The position numbers and the translations under genes were made by a program. Positions 33,784 to 46,209 of a stretch of DNA of 64,000 bases are shown here, one piece after another. The notes beneath the pieces were generated by a model, which worked only from the letters and a program-made list of their open reading frames with translations, was not told the origin of the DNA and ran no database searches. This DNA is from Octopus vulgaris. Lineage: Eukaryota. The stretch spans positions 38,130,001 to 38,194,000 of the forward strand of contig OX597833.1 in assembly GCA_951406725.2 (NCBI GenBank), in the 5' to 3' direction. How positions within the stretch are numbered: the first letter of the stretch is position 1; the number at the start of each line of letters is the position of its first letter.

Positions 33784-34091
33784 CAACTTGAGTACTTTTT
33801 CTGCTTTGTTTTTTGGGTATACCCAAAAGTATATAACACTTATATTCTAACTTAGCACTTTCAAACAGAATACAAATAAGTAACGCGTACGTACAAAAAC
33901 AAACTACCACGCGCACACACATGCATACATGATTTAGATACAAAAGAGATAATAAATTTGAAAACAAATTCAAATTTAACGTCACAACAAAAATCACAAG
34001 ATATTTGTTACACGTATTTACAACATGGACTTTAGACATGGAACAAAAAGCGTGCATGTGGTAGGTGGTGATAGCGAACGAAGAGTCCAAA

Positions 34092-34143
34092 ATGGACTCA
34101 GCATTAACAGAAGTCAGTTTTGTTCAACCCTTTAGACAGTACG
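34092..34143 (+). CDS. NCSTN: Tentative NCSTN first coding exon (MDSALTEVSFVQPFRQY)
   Basis: AAAATGG start context, donor G|gtatgt, located in a CpG-retaining region; no homology support. Confidence 0.45.
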
Positions 34144-34240
34144 GTATGTCATTTCGTTTAGTTGTGAGAAACTGATTAAAATCCCGCACTGATTTCTGCT
34201 CCAAGTTGCTTCTATTTTCAAAGGAAGCGGAAGATACTGT

Positions 34241-34753
34241 GGTTTAAACACCTCCAACCCCTCATAACTTTTTTTTAAATATTTTTGGAATTTTCAGAAA
34301 ATTCTTGCGGATTTGTATTCTACACACAGGAATTCATACGATTATATATATATGTATATATAAAAGTTTTAAAATTTTAAACCTCTCCCTCATAAATCCT
34401 AAAAGTTCCACTCTTTTTTGATTTAAAAAAAAAATAAGATACGCACAGTCCGAGTTTTTTGCTAAAATCCCAGCAATGGACCACCCTTGGGTGCATCATT
34501 ATTCCATTGTGTTTACGGCGAGAAAAATATTTTAAAACATCAATACGTGTCACTGACAAAGAAACAAGGTATCAGGTGGTCGTGAGATGTGCTAAAACAG
34601 CTAAATCGCCCTTAAATCCCAAACACAAAGTTTTTTTTTTTTTTGCATAATCGTTTGAATTCCTGTGTGTAGAACACAAATTCGCAAAAATTTTCGGAAA
34701 ATTCAAAAATATAAGAAAAAGTTATGAGGGAATAAATGGGGTGCTTAAACCAG
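34241..34753. mobile_element. Foldback MITE with ~105-bp TIRs (older relative at ~51270-51700)
   Basis: CCCTCATAACTTTTT..TTCTACACACAGGAATTCATACGATTAT is mirrored by ATAATCGTTTGAATTCCTGTGTGTAGAA..AAAAAGTTATGAGGG. Confidence 0.85.
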
Positions 34754-36190
34754 AATTCCACCAAAGATACTTGTTCTCACCTACCACAAAAATCACTACT
34801 TTCACAACCACTGCAAAATATAAGATCACAATAACTGTCTTTCCAAAATGACACCAATATAAAAATAATCTCTGTGAGTGACTCATCCAACTGTATTAGC
34901 AACTGCTCAATACAATACACTTCCACTGATGGCGATATCAGTGGATATGGAACAAGTTGTTGTGAACACGAACTGTTTATTGTTCATTTTCTTTAACTTT
35001 ATTGGTTGGCTGAATTGTCATGGTTCTGGGAATCATTATTTAAGTTGTTTTTTTGTTTGTGAAAGGGACATTGAGTGCCCTCTGTGACAGGTGATATTGA
35101 TGCGGTCTTCACCAATTGTGAGATGACAACTGCAGGAAGAACTTGGGTTGATGAGAATTCCCATAAATTGATGTTCTGGGGAAGGATGATTAGGTGTGGT
35201 ACCTGAGGTGTGTTTGAGATGCATTATGGTTGATGAAGACGGGAGATGAGGAAGGGTGGTATACAGAAGAGAAGAGGCTGCTGTAGCAGAATTCAAATAA
35301 CAAGAGATAGTGTGTCTGCTGATCAGAAAATGCAGTGTGTTGGTGAGTGGATCATTGCTGTCACTCAATCAGCTCTCTTTTGGATGTGGTCTGGAATGTA
35401 TCAGCAACACTGACTCTTGTGTAGGAGCAGTTCGTTATTGTGGATCTCACTTGATCTTTATAGTGGGTCAGACTGAAGTATATTCTGGGTCCTATAAAGG
35501 AAAGTGAGTCTTTAGAGTGAAGTTTTAAGTATGTCATGTAAGTAAGGTTGCTAGGAAACATCATTAGAGAATGTGAGGCCTAGCTTTTGTAGCATCTTTG
35601 AGTGGATGTTTTATGCAGATGATTGGGTTGATATGGTACTGGGCTACCTGTTGAATGGTCAACAGTCTAGTCTATAACCATGATTGGTATAATTCACCCA
35701 TTGTAGACAGTAGCTGCACCATGAGAATTGATAAAGTTCCTCAGTATGTGCCGTTGAATTCAATTTCTCAATTCCATAGAATCTTGAGATTTGGTATCAA
35801 AGATTATTTAGACTTGATTCAGTAGTATTGCAATATCTAGAAGTTGGGCCTGAGAGTTATTCTAGATACATACTGAATGACTTATAGAACTGACCAAACT
35901 TGTTCTCGGCAATAATAAATGTCAACTCACCTTACCCATGAAGGTTGTCAACTTACGCTTATCTTTTTCTATTCTTTTATTTGTTTCAGTCATTTGACTG
36001 CAGCCTTGTTTGAGCACTGCCTTTAGTCGAACAAATTGACCCCAGGACTTATTCTTTGTAAGCCTAGTACTTATTCTATCGGTCTCTTTTGCCGAACTGC
36101 TAAGTTACAGGGACATGAACACACTGACGCTAGATGTCAAGCGATAGTGGGGGACAAACACACACACACACACACACACATATATACATA

Positions 36191-36229
<39 letters not shown>

Positions 36230-37332
36230 GGCTTCTTTCAGTTTCTGTCTACCAAATCCACTCACAAGGCTTTGGATGTTAAATAGTAGAAGACACTTGC
36301 TCAAGGTGCTGAACCCGAAACCATTTTGTTGGTAAGCAAGCTACTTACCATGCAGCCACTCCAGAGTCTGTCTGTTGACTATTTAAACTTAATCTAATAG
36401 GCAGTGATCCCCAAATGGTATTGATAAATTAGGCCAGTTGCTAATATTCTATTCATGTTTGTTCCAAATCCTGTACTTGATCATCTATAGAATATATTTA
36501 CAGTTCAAATAGGGACCATTTTGTCAAGTAATCTTTATTATTTCTTAAATTTTAGTTTTTTGTTTGCATAGCTTATTACAATACTCACCAACTTCTCTGA
36601 AAAGGTGTGGAATACTATGTACGTACAAGATTTTTTCAGGAATGCATGTATAGTATACAATTAAATATACCAATAGTAGTACATTGCTGGTTCAATAAAA
36701 GGCAATATTGATACTGGCAGGTTTCAAACCCTGAAGAAGTAACGAGCATTGTTGCATTTAGATGTCCATGAATATACGTATAATTATAATTAACCCTTTA
36801 GAATTTTAAACTGGCCATATCCTGCCCAAATGTTCTACCTGTTTTATGCTCAAACCAGCTGGATCTGGCCTCTCACACCTACCATACAATGTTACTACTG
36901 TAAAAATAAATAATCATATCATTGAAATCTCAAAGCTATGATATAATCCCTGGTTAATACAAAACCATGTAAATGAATTAGTATTACATTTGACAGGATA
37001 ATCTGAATGCTAAAGGGTCAAACGACCATAATATAGGCTAAACTTTTCAGTTAAAAAGATACAATGTCATCCAAGTTGTTCTAATGTAAATTAAAAAGAA
37101 TTGTGGGTTTCATTGTAGAGAAAGAAATTATTTACATATGTATTAAAAATATCAGTTTTAAATTGAATGTTGGCAAAACAATGTGAAGAAATACACAAAG
37201 TTTGATGTAGAGAAATGAAATGTATGCACACTAGCATTAATGTTAGTTGTAGCTATTTCTCTTCTGTAGGCCTTTCCGTTTTTGAGTAAACAGAGCCAAA
37301 CAGTAAATTATATTTTTCTGGATAGTCCCTAG

Positions 37333-37358
37333 ATAACCTTAACACATCAGCTTTTAGG
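37333..37358 (+). CDS. NCSTN: Tentative 26-nt NCSTN microexon (DNLNTSAFR)
   Basis: ccctag acceptor and strong AGG|gtaaga donor; bridges phase 1 to phase 0. Confidence 0.33.
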
Positions 37359-38538
37359 GTAAGATCTTTTTCCCCCTACTGACGTACATTTTAAAAATTG
37401 AAATAAGTTTAGGTATGAAATGAACTTTTTTTTTGACTGATTAAACCTCCCTTTTCCTGTACTGTAGTTGCTTTCATTTATAGTAAATGGAACCCATGTT
37501 CAGTCTCTCAGTCTTTCTTTAGCAGAAAGTCCTGGCCTCTGCTTGAACTAAGCATATCTTTCCTTGCTGAGCATTGTAAATAAATAACATGCTTATATTG
37601 AAAACAACCAACCATAAAATTTGTGGTTCACCAATATTTTTACTCCATCAATCACCATCATCAACATTTAACGTCCGTTTTCCAAGCTGGCATGGGTTGG
37701 ACTGCTGGACAGGAACTTGCAAAGCCAAGGGCCACAGGTTCCACAGTCTGTTTTGACTTGTTTCTTTGGCTGGATGCCCTTCCTAATGCCGACTACTCAA
37801 CAGTGTATACTGGGTGCTTTTATGTGGCACCATCAGTGCTTTTTATATGGCACCAGCACCTTTTACATGACTCTAGCATTCACACCAATACTTTCTATAT
37901 GGCACCTTGATTTTAGGATCTCAATTCTGTAGTGGTGGGCAGGTCTTCTCAGGTACAGTAATGTGCCACATATCTCAGTCCTCTGCCATCTCCTTCTTAA
38001 AGTTCAGCATTTTGAGATTGGCCTTCAATACTTCGTCCCATGTCTTCCTGAGTCTTTCTCTTTTACAACTTCCTTTCACTTTGACAATATGTCTTATTCT
38101 CAGTGTCACCTATCCCCCTAACATTATTAGTTATCTGTGGTCAACACAACTATTAACTTTGGATTGAAATCGCTTTAAAGAGGAAATTTGTATCCTAGAA
38201 CCAAGGCTAGTCTCAGGTAGGTTAGCATCAAAAGGGTTAAACAACACTAATGTCCCTTTGTAAGACTTTCTACATTCTCCTTATGCATAGAATTCTCATG
38301 AACTCGTGCTGCAGTAGTTTTTATAAGTTCATTGAAATTTCATAGGCAGTTTCTGTGTTGCATTGGAGTTGCTGCCAACTCTTTATACCTTACTATTGAT
38401 TGGACTCTAGTTAGGTGCAAAAAACCAGAAACAGATCACACAAGACACTCTAACAATTCTAATACCTATCAGCTGAAGGTTGGAAGGGCTAAGTTGACCT
38501 TGGAGGAATTTGAATTCAGCTACCTAGATATATGCAGA

Positions 38539-38731
38539 CTGCCGGTGGCACGTAAAAAGCACCCACTACACTCTCGGAGTGATTGGCGTTAGGAAGGGCA
38601 TCCAGCTGTAGAAACTCTGCCAGATCAAGATTGGATCCTGGTGCTGCCATCTGGTTCGCCAGCCCTCAGTCAAAATCGTCCAACCCATGCTAGCATGGAA
38701 AGCGGAGTTAAACGATGATGATGACGATGAT
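38539..38731 (+). mobile_element. RTE 3'-tail copy (older minus copy at ~37655-38070)
   Basis: One array module + tail + (GAT)n. Confidence 0.85.
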
Positions 38732-39224
38732 AGATCCACTCAGAAACCTAAATACATGCACACATATATATGCATGCACATACATATATATATATAAATA
38801 TATACACAAATACATGCATACACACACACATACACATGATGGCTGTCCAGTTGTGGCTGAAGATGACCATCACTGACTATTAAGAACATTGTGCACTCAA
38901 GTAGCAGTGCCCATGCAAAATTTCAAGTCCAATCAGGTTTGCATGACACCTCATAGACCCTCTCCACCCTATTCTCATGATTCAGAGGCAAGCCAAGGAA
39001 AGACATCCAGTGCCAATATGAGTTACAGACTCAGGAATGTGGGAATGTCATGATCTCAGGCACAAATGAAAGATTCCTAAAATTGTCTAGTGCCACTCCT
39101 TGCATATCTGGTTTTATATCAGAATGACCTTCAACTGGAGACATGTCTTTAACCCTTTCGATATCAACTTGTTTAAAACCACTCTTGGTACTATAGCATA
39201 GCTTTCCTATTTTAAAGTGATCAA

Positions 39225-40232
39225 AATTACATTGCTTTCACAGCACATTTCACTACCATGTAGCATTACTGATCATATGCAAAAGCATCATACAATCTAC
39301 CTTTCACTCAGAGAGAAGGAGGGAAAGAGAGAGAGAGAGAGCGAGCTTTTGTTGGCAAGAGGTGATAGCTCTCTAAACTTTGCTCATCCTATTCTTATTC
39401 TAGCAAGTACATTTTCTGAGCATTTAGAAAATCTATTTCCAGTATGTCCTAAGTTTTTATTGCTCCTGCACATCTTTCACATATACTACTTTCTCCATTA
39501 TCCTTCCTGTAATTCTGCTGCACCTCTTATGTGTTCACAGTTTGCACTGGGCACATCATATAGATACACCTTTCCTACATATCAAGCAGGGCCATTTATC
39601 TATGGAGAGTGGAGTCCTGTCTGCTTTCCTGTTTACTAGAACTTAGGTATTTGCTAAGATAAATTATGATTTTAGGTTTTGCTTCCACACCTGGAATTTC
39701 ATTTCTAATTCTATTATAGATTCTGTTGTGAGAATGTGATTATTAGGATACAGTAGTTCCCAAGAGCAGCTGGTTTTAAATTCCTGTTATGGCTTGGATG
39801 TTAATGATGAAGAGAAGAGTTCTGAGAACCAAGCCCTAGTGAACTCCCACCGGTATTCCTGGCTAACGGTTGCCTTATTGACAGCATCCCTGTACACTCA
39901 TCTACCCCTGTCCTTCTCAGAGACCACCAAATCACAAAGCAGGAGACCCTGTTGAAGGCTTACTCCAGGTCAACAAATTGAAGCTTACTTTTAGCTTCAT
40001 ACTAAGAAGATAGTATCAGTAGTACTTTTCTCCAGTACAAAACTAAACTTCATGTCATCTTTTTCTAATTAGTTAGGCTATAACTCTCTCTCTAATTTTC
40101 ACAACCTGGTCTAGCAAATTGATATCTCTGTAATTCTCTCTGAGGCATCTCTACCTTTGTAACAGCTGGCTATAATACTGCTACACCAGTCATTGGGTTT
40201 GACATCTTCCTGTACAACCTGATTAATTGACC
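39225..40232 (-). mobile_element. Old degraded RTE RT fragment
   Basis: Reverse-complement similarity to the main ORF (RIGWAKFREL, FQVWKQNL, WCSSIIASCYKGRD-like stretches) with many stops. Confidence 0.7.
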
Positions 40233-40290
40233 TGATCATAGATCAGTCAATTAAATTCTGTTTTTGTTATTTGTCTTTAGTTCCTTCCAG

Positions 40291-40351
40291 AATCTTTTTA
40301 TTTGGTGTTTTCTTTTGGGTGTTCTCAAAATTAATTTAGATTTAAGCTTTG
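40291..40351 (+). CDS. NCSTN: Tentative NCSTN signal-peptide exon (NLFIWCFLLGVLKINLDLSF)
   Basis: Long pyrimidine tract ending ttccag, hydrophobic codons, and a phase-1 donor G|gtctgg that joins in frame to exon 46111. Confidence 0.45.
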
Positions 40352-40747
40352 GTCTGGCTTACTTTTCTTTCTAATTTGTGACTACTTCTTCTTGAATTTT
40401 CTGTTTAATATCTTGTTTAGGGCTTTAATTGAATGGATTGACCTCAGTACTAATTTTTAAGCCTGGTACTTATTCTGTTGGTCCCTTTTGCCAAATCACT
40501 AAATTATAGGGAGGTAAGCAAACCAATACTGACTGTCAAGCGGTGGGTAGGCGTTTGGGGGACAGATACACACACACATTGGGTTTCTTTGAGTTTGGTC
40601 AACCTGGGGCTGTAATAGAAGATACTTGCTCAAAGTGCTACACAGTAGGATTGAATGCAGAATCATGTAGCAGGGAAGGATTTTTAACATAGACTCAAAG
40701 CCACATAATAGTGTGTAGGTGTGAGATCATTGCCATTACTTGACAGT

Positions 40748-41130
40748 CATCATCATCATCATCATCATTTAGCATCCGCTTTCCATGCTAGCATGGGTTG
40801 GACGGTTCAACTGGGGTCTGGGAAGCCAGAAGGCTGCACCAGGCCCAGTCTGATCTGGCAATGTTTCTACGGCTGGATGCCCTTCCTAACGCCAACCAGT
40901 CCGTGAGTGTAGTGGGTGCTTTTTACGTGCCACCAGCACAGGTGCCAGATGGGGCTGGCAAACGGCCACGGTCGGATGGTGCTTTTTACATGCCACCGGC
41001 ACGGGGGCCAGGCGAGGCTGGCAACGTCCACGATCGGATGGTGTTTGTTACGTGCCACTGGCACGGGAGCCAGGCGAGGCTGGCAACGGCCTCGATTGGA
41101 TGGTGCTTTTTACGTGCCACCGGCACGGGC
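40748..41130 (-). mobile_element. RTE 3'-tail copy with 4 array modules
   Basis: (CAT)n, tail, and repeated GGTGCTTTTTACGTGCCACCGGCAC. Confidence 0.9.
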
Positions 41131-41666
41131 GTGCCACTGGTATTATATTTTATCTACCTAAGAAGTAGGAAAAGCTCTATTTATTCTGCAAATCTACTAC
41201 CCTACAATTGGTTTCAGATTTTGATGCAAAGCCAGCAATTTTGGGAGGAAGTCGGTCAATTACATTGACACCACCCCCTACTCTGATGAACTAGTACCTA
41301 TTTTATCAACCCTGAAAGGATGAAAGGCAAAGTCAACCATGGCAGAATTTGAATTTAGAACATAAAGACAGACGAAATGCCACTAAGTATTTTGTCTGGT
41401 GTGCTAATGAGTCTGCAAGCTCATTGCCTTCTACCACCCTATAATTAATAGTAATAATAATGGTTTCAACTTTTGCAACAACAGCAGCAATTTTGTGGGA
41501 GGGGACGAGTCAATTACATCAACCCCAGTATTCAACTAGTACTTATTTTATTGACCCCGAAAGGATGAAAGTTAAAGTTGACCTTGGTGGAATTTGAACT
41601 CAGAACATGGCGACAGGTGAAATACCACTCAGCATTTCATCCAGTGCACTAACAATTCTGTCAGCC

Positions 41667-41667
<1 letters not shown>

Positions 41668-41710
<43 letters not shown>
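41668..41710. repeat. (TAA)n microsatellite
   Basis: Direct reading. Confidence 0.9.
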
Positions 41711-42099
41711 TTCTTATATTTGTACAAGGCCTCGAATTTAGGAGGAGAGTACAGTTGATTAAATCAACCCCAATATTTGACTGGTACTTTATTTCATCAA
41801 CCCTGAAAAGACACAAGGTCAAAGGTCAAGTTGACCTTATTTAGATTTGAACTTAGAATATGAAAGGTCATATAGAAAAGTACCAGTTGAACACTAGGGT
41901 CAATGTAATCGACTTATCCCCTCCCCCAAAATTGCTACCCTTGTAACAAAATTTTAAACCATTATTATTATTGTTGTTTAGGCAGTGAGCTGGCAGAATT
42001 GTTAGCACACCAGGCAAAATGCTTTGCAGCATTTTGTCGGTCTTCACATTCTGAGTTCAAGTTCCATCAAGGTTGACTTTACCTTTTCATCTTTTCACC

Positions 42100-45000
42100 A
42101 GAAATATCCATCACCTGGTTAGTGGTGGCTGTCCTGACAGGTCTAGAAGACGAAGGGACAGTATCAGAGATCAAGAAAAATACCTAAGCAAGACTTGTCT
42201 GGTATAGGTATGGAACTGACTTTACAATCTAAGCAGGACCATATCAACCAGCTGCCCAATCTCAATGATTTCCCAGATGGTACTCACCTGTCAGTGTTAG
42301 TGGAGAGTAGAAAGCCAAGATGCCACATATGAACAACCAATTACAGAACTTCAAAATCTTGAATATTCGTCAGACTGTAGACGAAATGTATCCATCAGTT
42401 TTACTGTTGTGAACAAGTGCAACAGTGAATTAATGGATTTTGTAAGTCAAAACAAAGACAGAGGGAAAGGAATTTGAGGATTTCATCCTCAATACCCTCA
42501 ATGACAGACCTTTAATTAAAAGGTTGTCAGATGTTTACAAAACTATGAGAAAAATTCCCATGTAGTGTGGGGATTTTAAAGTTGATAAAAGGATGTCAGG
42601 AGGGCCTTTTAAAACGTTTTTGCCAGTAGATAGGCCTGGAACTCTGGGCTTCCCGAGAATCAAGCTGATTAATCTCCTCTTCTTTTAAGAATGGGGTGTG
42701 TGAATGTGTGTGGCCTGGGATCAGCTTGGAAGCAAGGTCACTTGCTCAATGATCTCAGGTTGCCTGATTTGGATGTGGTTGCCATTAATGAAACAAGGAT
42801 CTGCGGAAAACTCGCTCTAGCATCCATTTTCAAGGACTAGGAGGTATTCTCATCTTGTGGTCTATAGGGAGTGGGTGGCAGTGAGCAGTGCTACTTCAAA
42901 AATCCTTAGGTCTCCAAGAATAGGGTATCTTCCTGGACCTGGATAGTAGGTTGGTGGTTCTGGACGTGAATGGCAGCAAAGGTATGCCATTAGACTGGTA
43001 GCAGTTTAAGGCCAGATTTCTTCAGGCATCTAGAAACATTCTTGGGAATGTCTCACACTTTAGTACTAGCGGGTGACTGGAATAGTATTTTGGATGCACA
43101 GAAAGATTGTGTGGGTTTAGTACATAGCAGAAGTGGGTGTAAAAGCCTCAAAGACTTTCCAGCTTTCTGACAGATACCAACTGGATTTCCCTGATGTGCC
43201 AGTGTGGACATGGAGCAACCATAGCGGGTCGTCCAGATCATATTTTGATAGAGTATTTGATAGGTCAGAGGATAGTGATAGCATAGGTTGTCCACAGTTT
43301 AAATTGGTCGGCTACACAGATCACAAATTTGTGATATGCTCAGTTGATTTAGATGAGACCCTTACACAGGGACCTGGTTATTGGAAGTTGAATGCGTTCT
43401 TACCAGCCTGCAAAGACTACAGGGATTAGATTTGTGAACTAGTTAAATGGCAGTTGACGGGCTGTCGTCAACAACTGGTGGTGGATCACACTGATGAGTG
43501 CGATTAGAGTAGAATCAATAGCATTTAGCGAAGATTCAGCAATAGAAAGAAATGGATTAGAGGGAGAACTAGTTAGCAAACTAGAAAAGGCGATTAGTAA
43601 TGGTATCGCAATAGATGTGTTAGCGGTGAGAATGGCCCTTGACTATTTCATTGAGGTGAAACACGAAGGGTGCATTGTCAGAGCTCTAAGGTCCATGCGC
43701 TAAAACACAAAGGAATTAAAGCCGTCTGATGGGCCCAAACGGTAGAGACATGACATGGAAGCAAAACCACAATAAAATCTTTCACGGATCAGGAGGGATG
43801 ACGTCACTGCATGGTGTTGGACGCCTCTGAAGTGGAGATGGTTGGCTCCATTGTAAAGGAATATGAGTCAGTTGCAGGGGCCAAAACCAATGCTGACAAG
43901 TCGGTGGAATTGTGACTGGGCACCTGGAGAGGCAGATTGATGCTGTCAGACAGTGTTGTTGGACACTGGACTGACGGACCAGTTAAATTGCTCAAGGTCT
44001 GGTTTGATCCCGACTGCCAGGATAAGAATTAGGAAGAGATAACAAACAGGGTGGAAGTTGTCTCTGAAATTTTGAGCAGAGGTGGTGAATGCCTACATTG
44101 CCTCTGTCATTAATCATTTGACTGTTGTGCCTTGCCCCACTTACTGGTTCGTCAGATTGGAGTGTATCCTGTTTATTTTCTTGTGGAAGGGACGCATTCC
44201 AATGGTCAGGTGGTTGGTCTGCTGCCAACTTTTTCTGTGTGGCAGCTTAGGCATGCTATGGTTTTTGATGCACTGACACACAGTCAGGTTGTGCTACCTG
44301 CAACAATTTCTAGGTGAACATGTGTGGGCTTCATTTGTGAGACACCTTTCTACAGCTCATCTCCTTGATAGAACTGCAGTCCTGGGTAAAGGATAGGCCA
44401 AGACTGGGCACCTGGTACTTAGAATGTTGTCAGGCATTCACTGTTCTCTACAAGTGAGGCAATAGAATCAGTGGATGTTCCAGCACTTAAAAAGCAACAT
44501 CTGAATATGGTCAATGCCAGGTCCGTCTGACTGGCTCCTGTGCCGGTGGCACATAAAAAGCACCATCCAAGTGTGGCTGATGCCAGTACCCACTGACTGG
44601 CTCCTGTGCCAGAAGCACGTAAAAAGCACTATCTGAACATGATAGATAACAGTATCCCATGACTGGCTCCTGTGCCAGTGGCATGTAAAAAGTACTATCC
44701 CAATGTAATCAATGCCAGGCCCACCTGACTGGCCCCTGTAGAAACATTGCCAGATCAGATTGGAGCCTGGTGCAGCTGCTGGCTCTCCAGACCTCAATCA
44801 AACTGTCCAACCCATGCCAGCATGGAAAACAGACGTTAAACGATGATGATGATTAGTAGTGGGCAAGTGTGACAACGACCTTGAGGACACCCTAGGCATT
44901 GACAAAGACGAACTGGCAAGTCTATTCTGGAGGACTTTCTGGTTGGGGACTGTATGGATGATTTCTGGATGCCTTTGGCTTGGCACTGCTACCAGAGGGT

Positions 45001-45600
45001 GCTACCGGTTCAAGATAAATTCTACAGACATAGATGTGCTGTCAGACAGGCATGTCCGAGGTGCTCGCAGAGCGATGAAACTGTTCTGCATGCACTCGTT
45101 CAGTGTGTGGGCATTGCTGATTTGTGGAGTTATGTTGAACAGCTGCTGTCATGTATGAGACAGTTCCATCTGTCAGCTGAGTCCATAATGATGATTGCCT
45201 GGCCACCTTCCTTTAATTGGGCAAATAAGGCAGTTTTCCTTTGTCTGGTGGACGAGGCTGAAAGGAATGAGGACAGAAACGTTCTTCTTTGGTAAAGCCC
45301 TTTTGGACTCTTGTAAGTGAAACTTGAAAAGGAAAGTGAGAGTGGAGAGGAAGGTGTTGTCCTCAAGTGAATTTATGAAAAGGTGGGTGAAAGTGGCAAA
45401 AATGGTCAGAGTGGATTGTACTACTCTCAGTGTAGACCTGCGAGTTGGGAGAAAGGAGTTGGGGAGGACTCTTGTCCTTGGTATTCAGGGTGATCTTGGA
45501 TGGTGGGGTTTCTCGATTATCCCTAGAAGTCCTTCTGTATCATTACTATCACATTTTGTTTCTTCCCTCTTCTTCTAGTGTTGTACCCTTCTTCTAATGT
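42100..45600 (+). mobile_element. Degraded L1/Tx1-clade LINE (endonuclease and C-terminal CCHC finger; RT largely deleted) with a nested RTE tail at ~44485-44851
   Basis: Fragments GCVNVCGL, DVVAINETR, VLAGDWNSILD, WTWSNH..RSYFDRV, YTDHKFV, GPGYWKLN, CPRCSQSDETVLHALVQC. Confidence 0.82.
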
Positions 45601-45628
45601 ATACCGTGTATACTTTTTTATTTATTTA

Positions 45629-45992
45629 TCTCTATATATATAAACGGCAAAATGTCTGCGTGTGTGTCCTTTATACAAATCCACAATTTTTCAGTTAGAG
45701 GGCTCGCACTTTCTATGGTCATTCAAAACCGTCCAAGGGTGGTCGTGCACATCTTTACATTTCCCCAGTCACCCTGCAAAGCCATTAAAAAATCAATAGA
45801 AGTGACTTTTTTGTGAATTTTCTATCCAAATCCCAATCAAAATGCCCTAAACTTGATACGCCAATTGAATGCCAGCTAGCTATATGTGATTGGTTGGAAA
45901 TTTGGACAGTACTTGCATGTATGTGTGCACGCATGCAGCTGTATATGCATGCACTAGCACTATGACCCAGCAACGCCGGGTCACAGTGCTAG
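45629..45992 (+). mobile_element. Non-autonomous Helitron
   Basis: A|TCTCTATATATATAAA start, subterminal hairpin TGACCCAGCAACGCCGGGTCA (45963-45983), CTAG|T end. Confidence 0.8.
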
Positions 45993-46110
45993 TTATTATT
46001 ATTATTTTATCATTCCATCATATGTAAAACCCCACACTTTATGTCTGTCTCTGAATTGTTCCCTTTCATCATTATTATTTTTTTATGGTTATTTTTGTTA
46101 TTTTTTTCAG

Positions 46111-46209
46111 CTGCTGCAATTAGAACCAAAGACAAGATCTATGTTAACATCAAAGGACAGAAAGCCTGTTTTCGCCGCCTCAATTCAACTCATCAAATTG
46201 GGTGCTCCT
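46111..46209 (+). CDS. NCSTN: NCSTN exon (99 nt; [32 protein letters not shown])
   Basis: tttcag / gtaagt, phase 1/1. Confidence 0.94.

Noticed and set aside
34860-35960. Coding-like, strand-skewed stretch in the NCSTN 5' intron
   Set aside because: No sustained ORF or recognisable motif; probably an old unclassifiable retroelement fragment.
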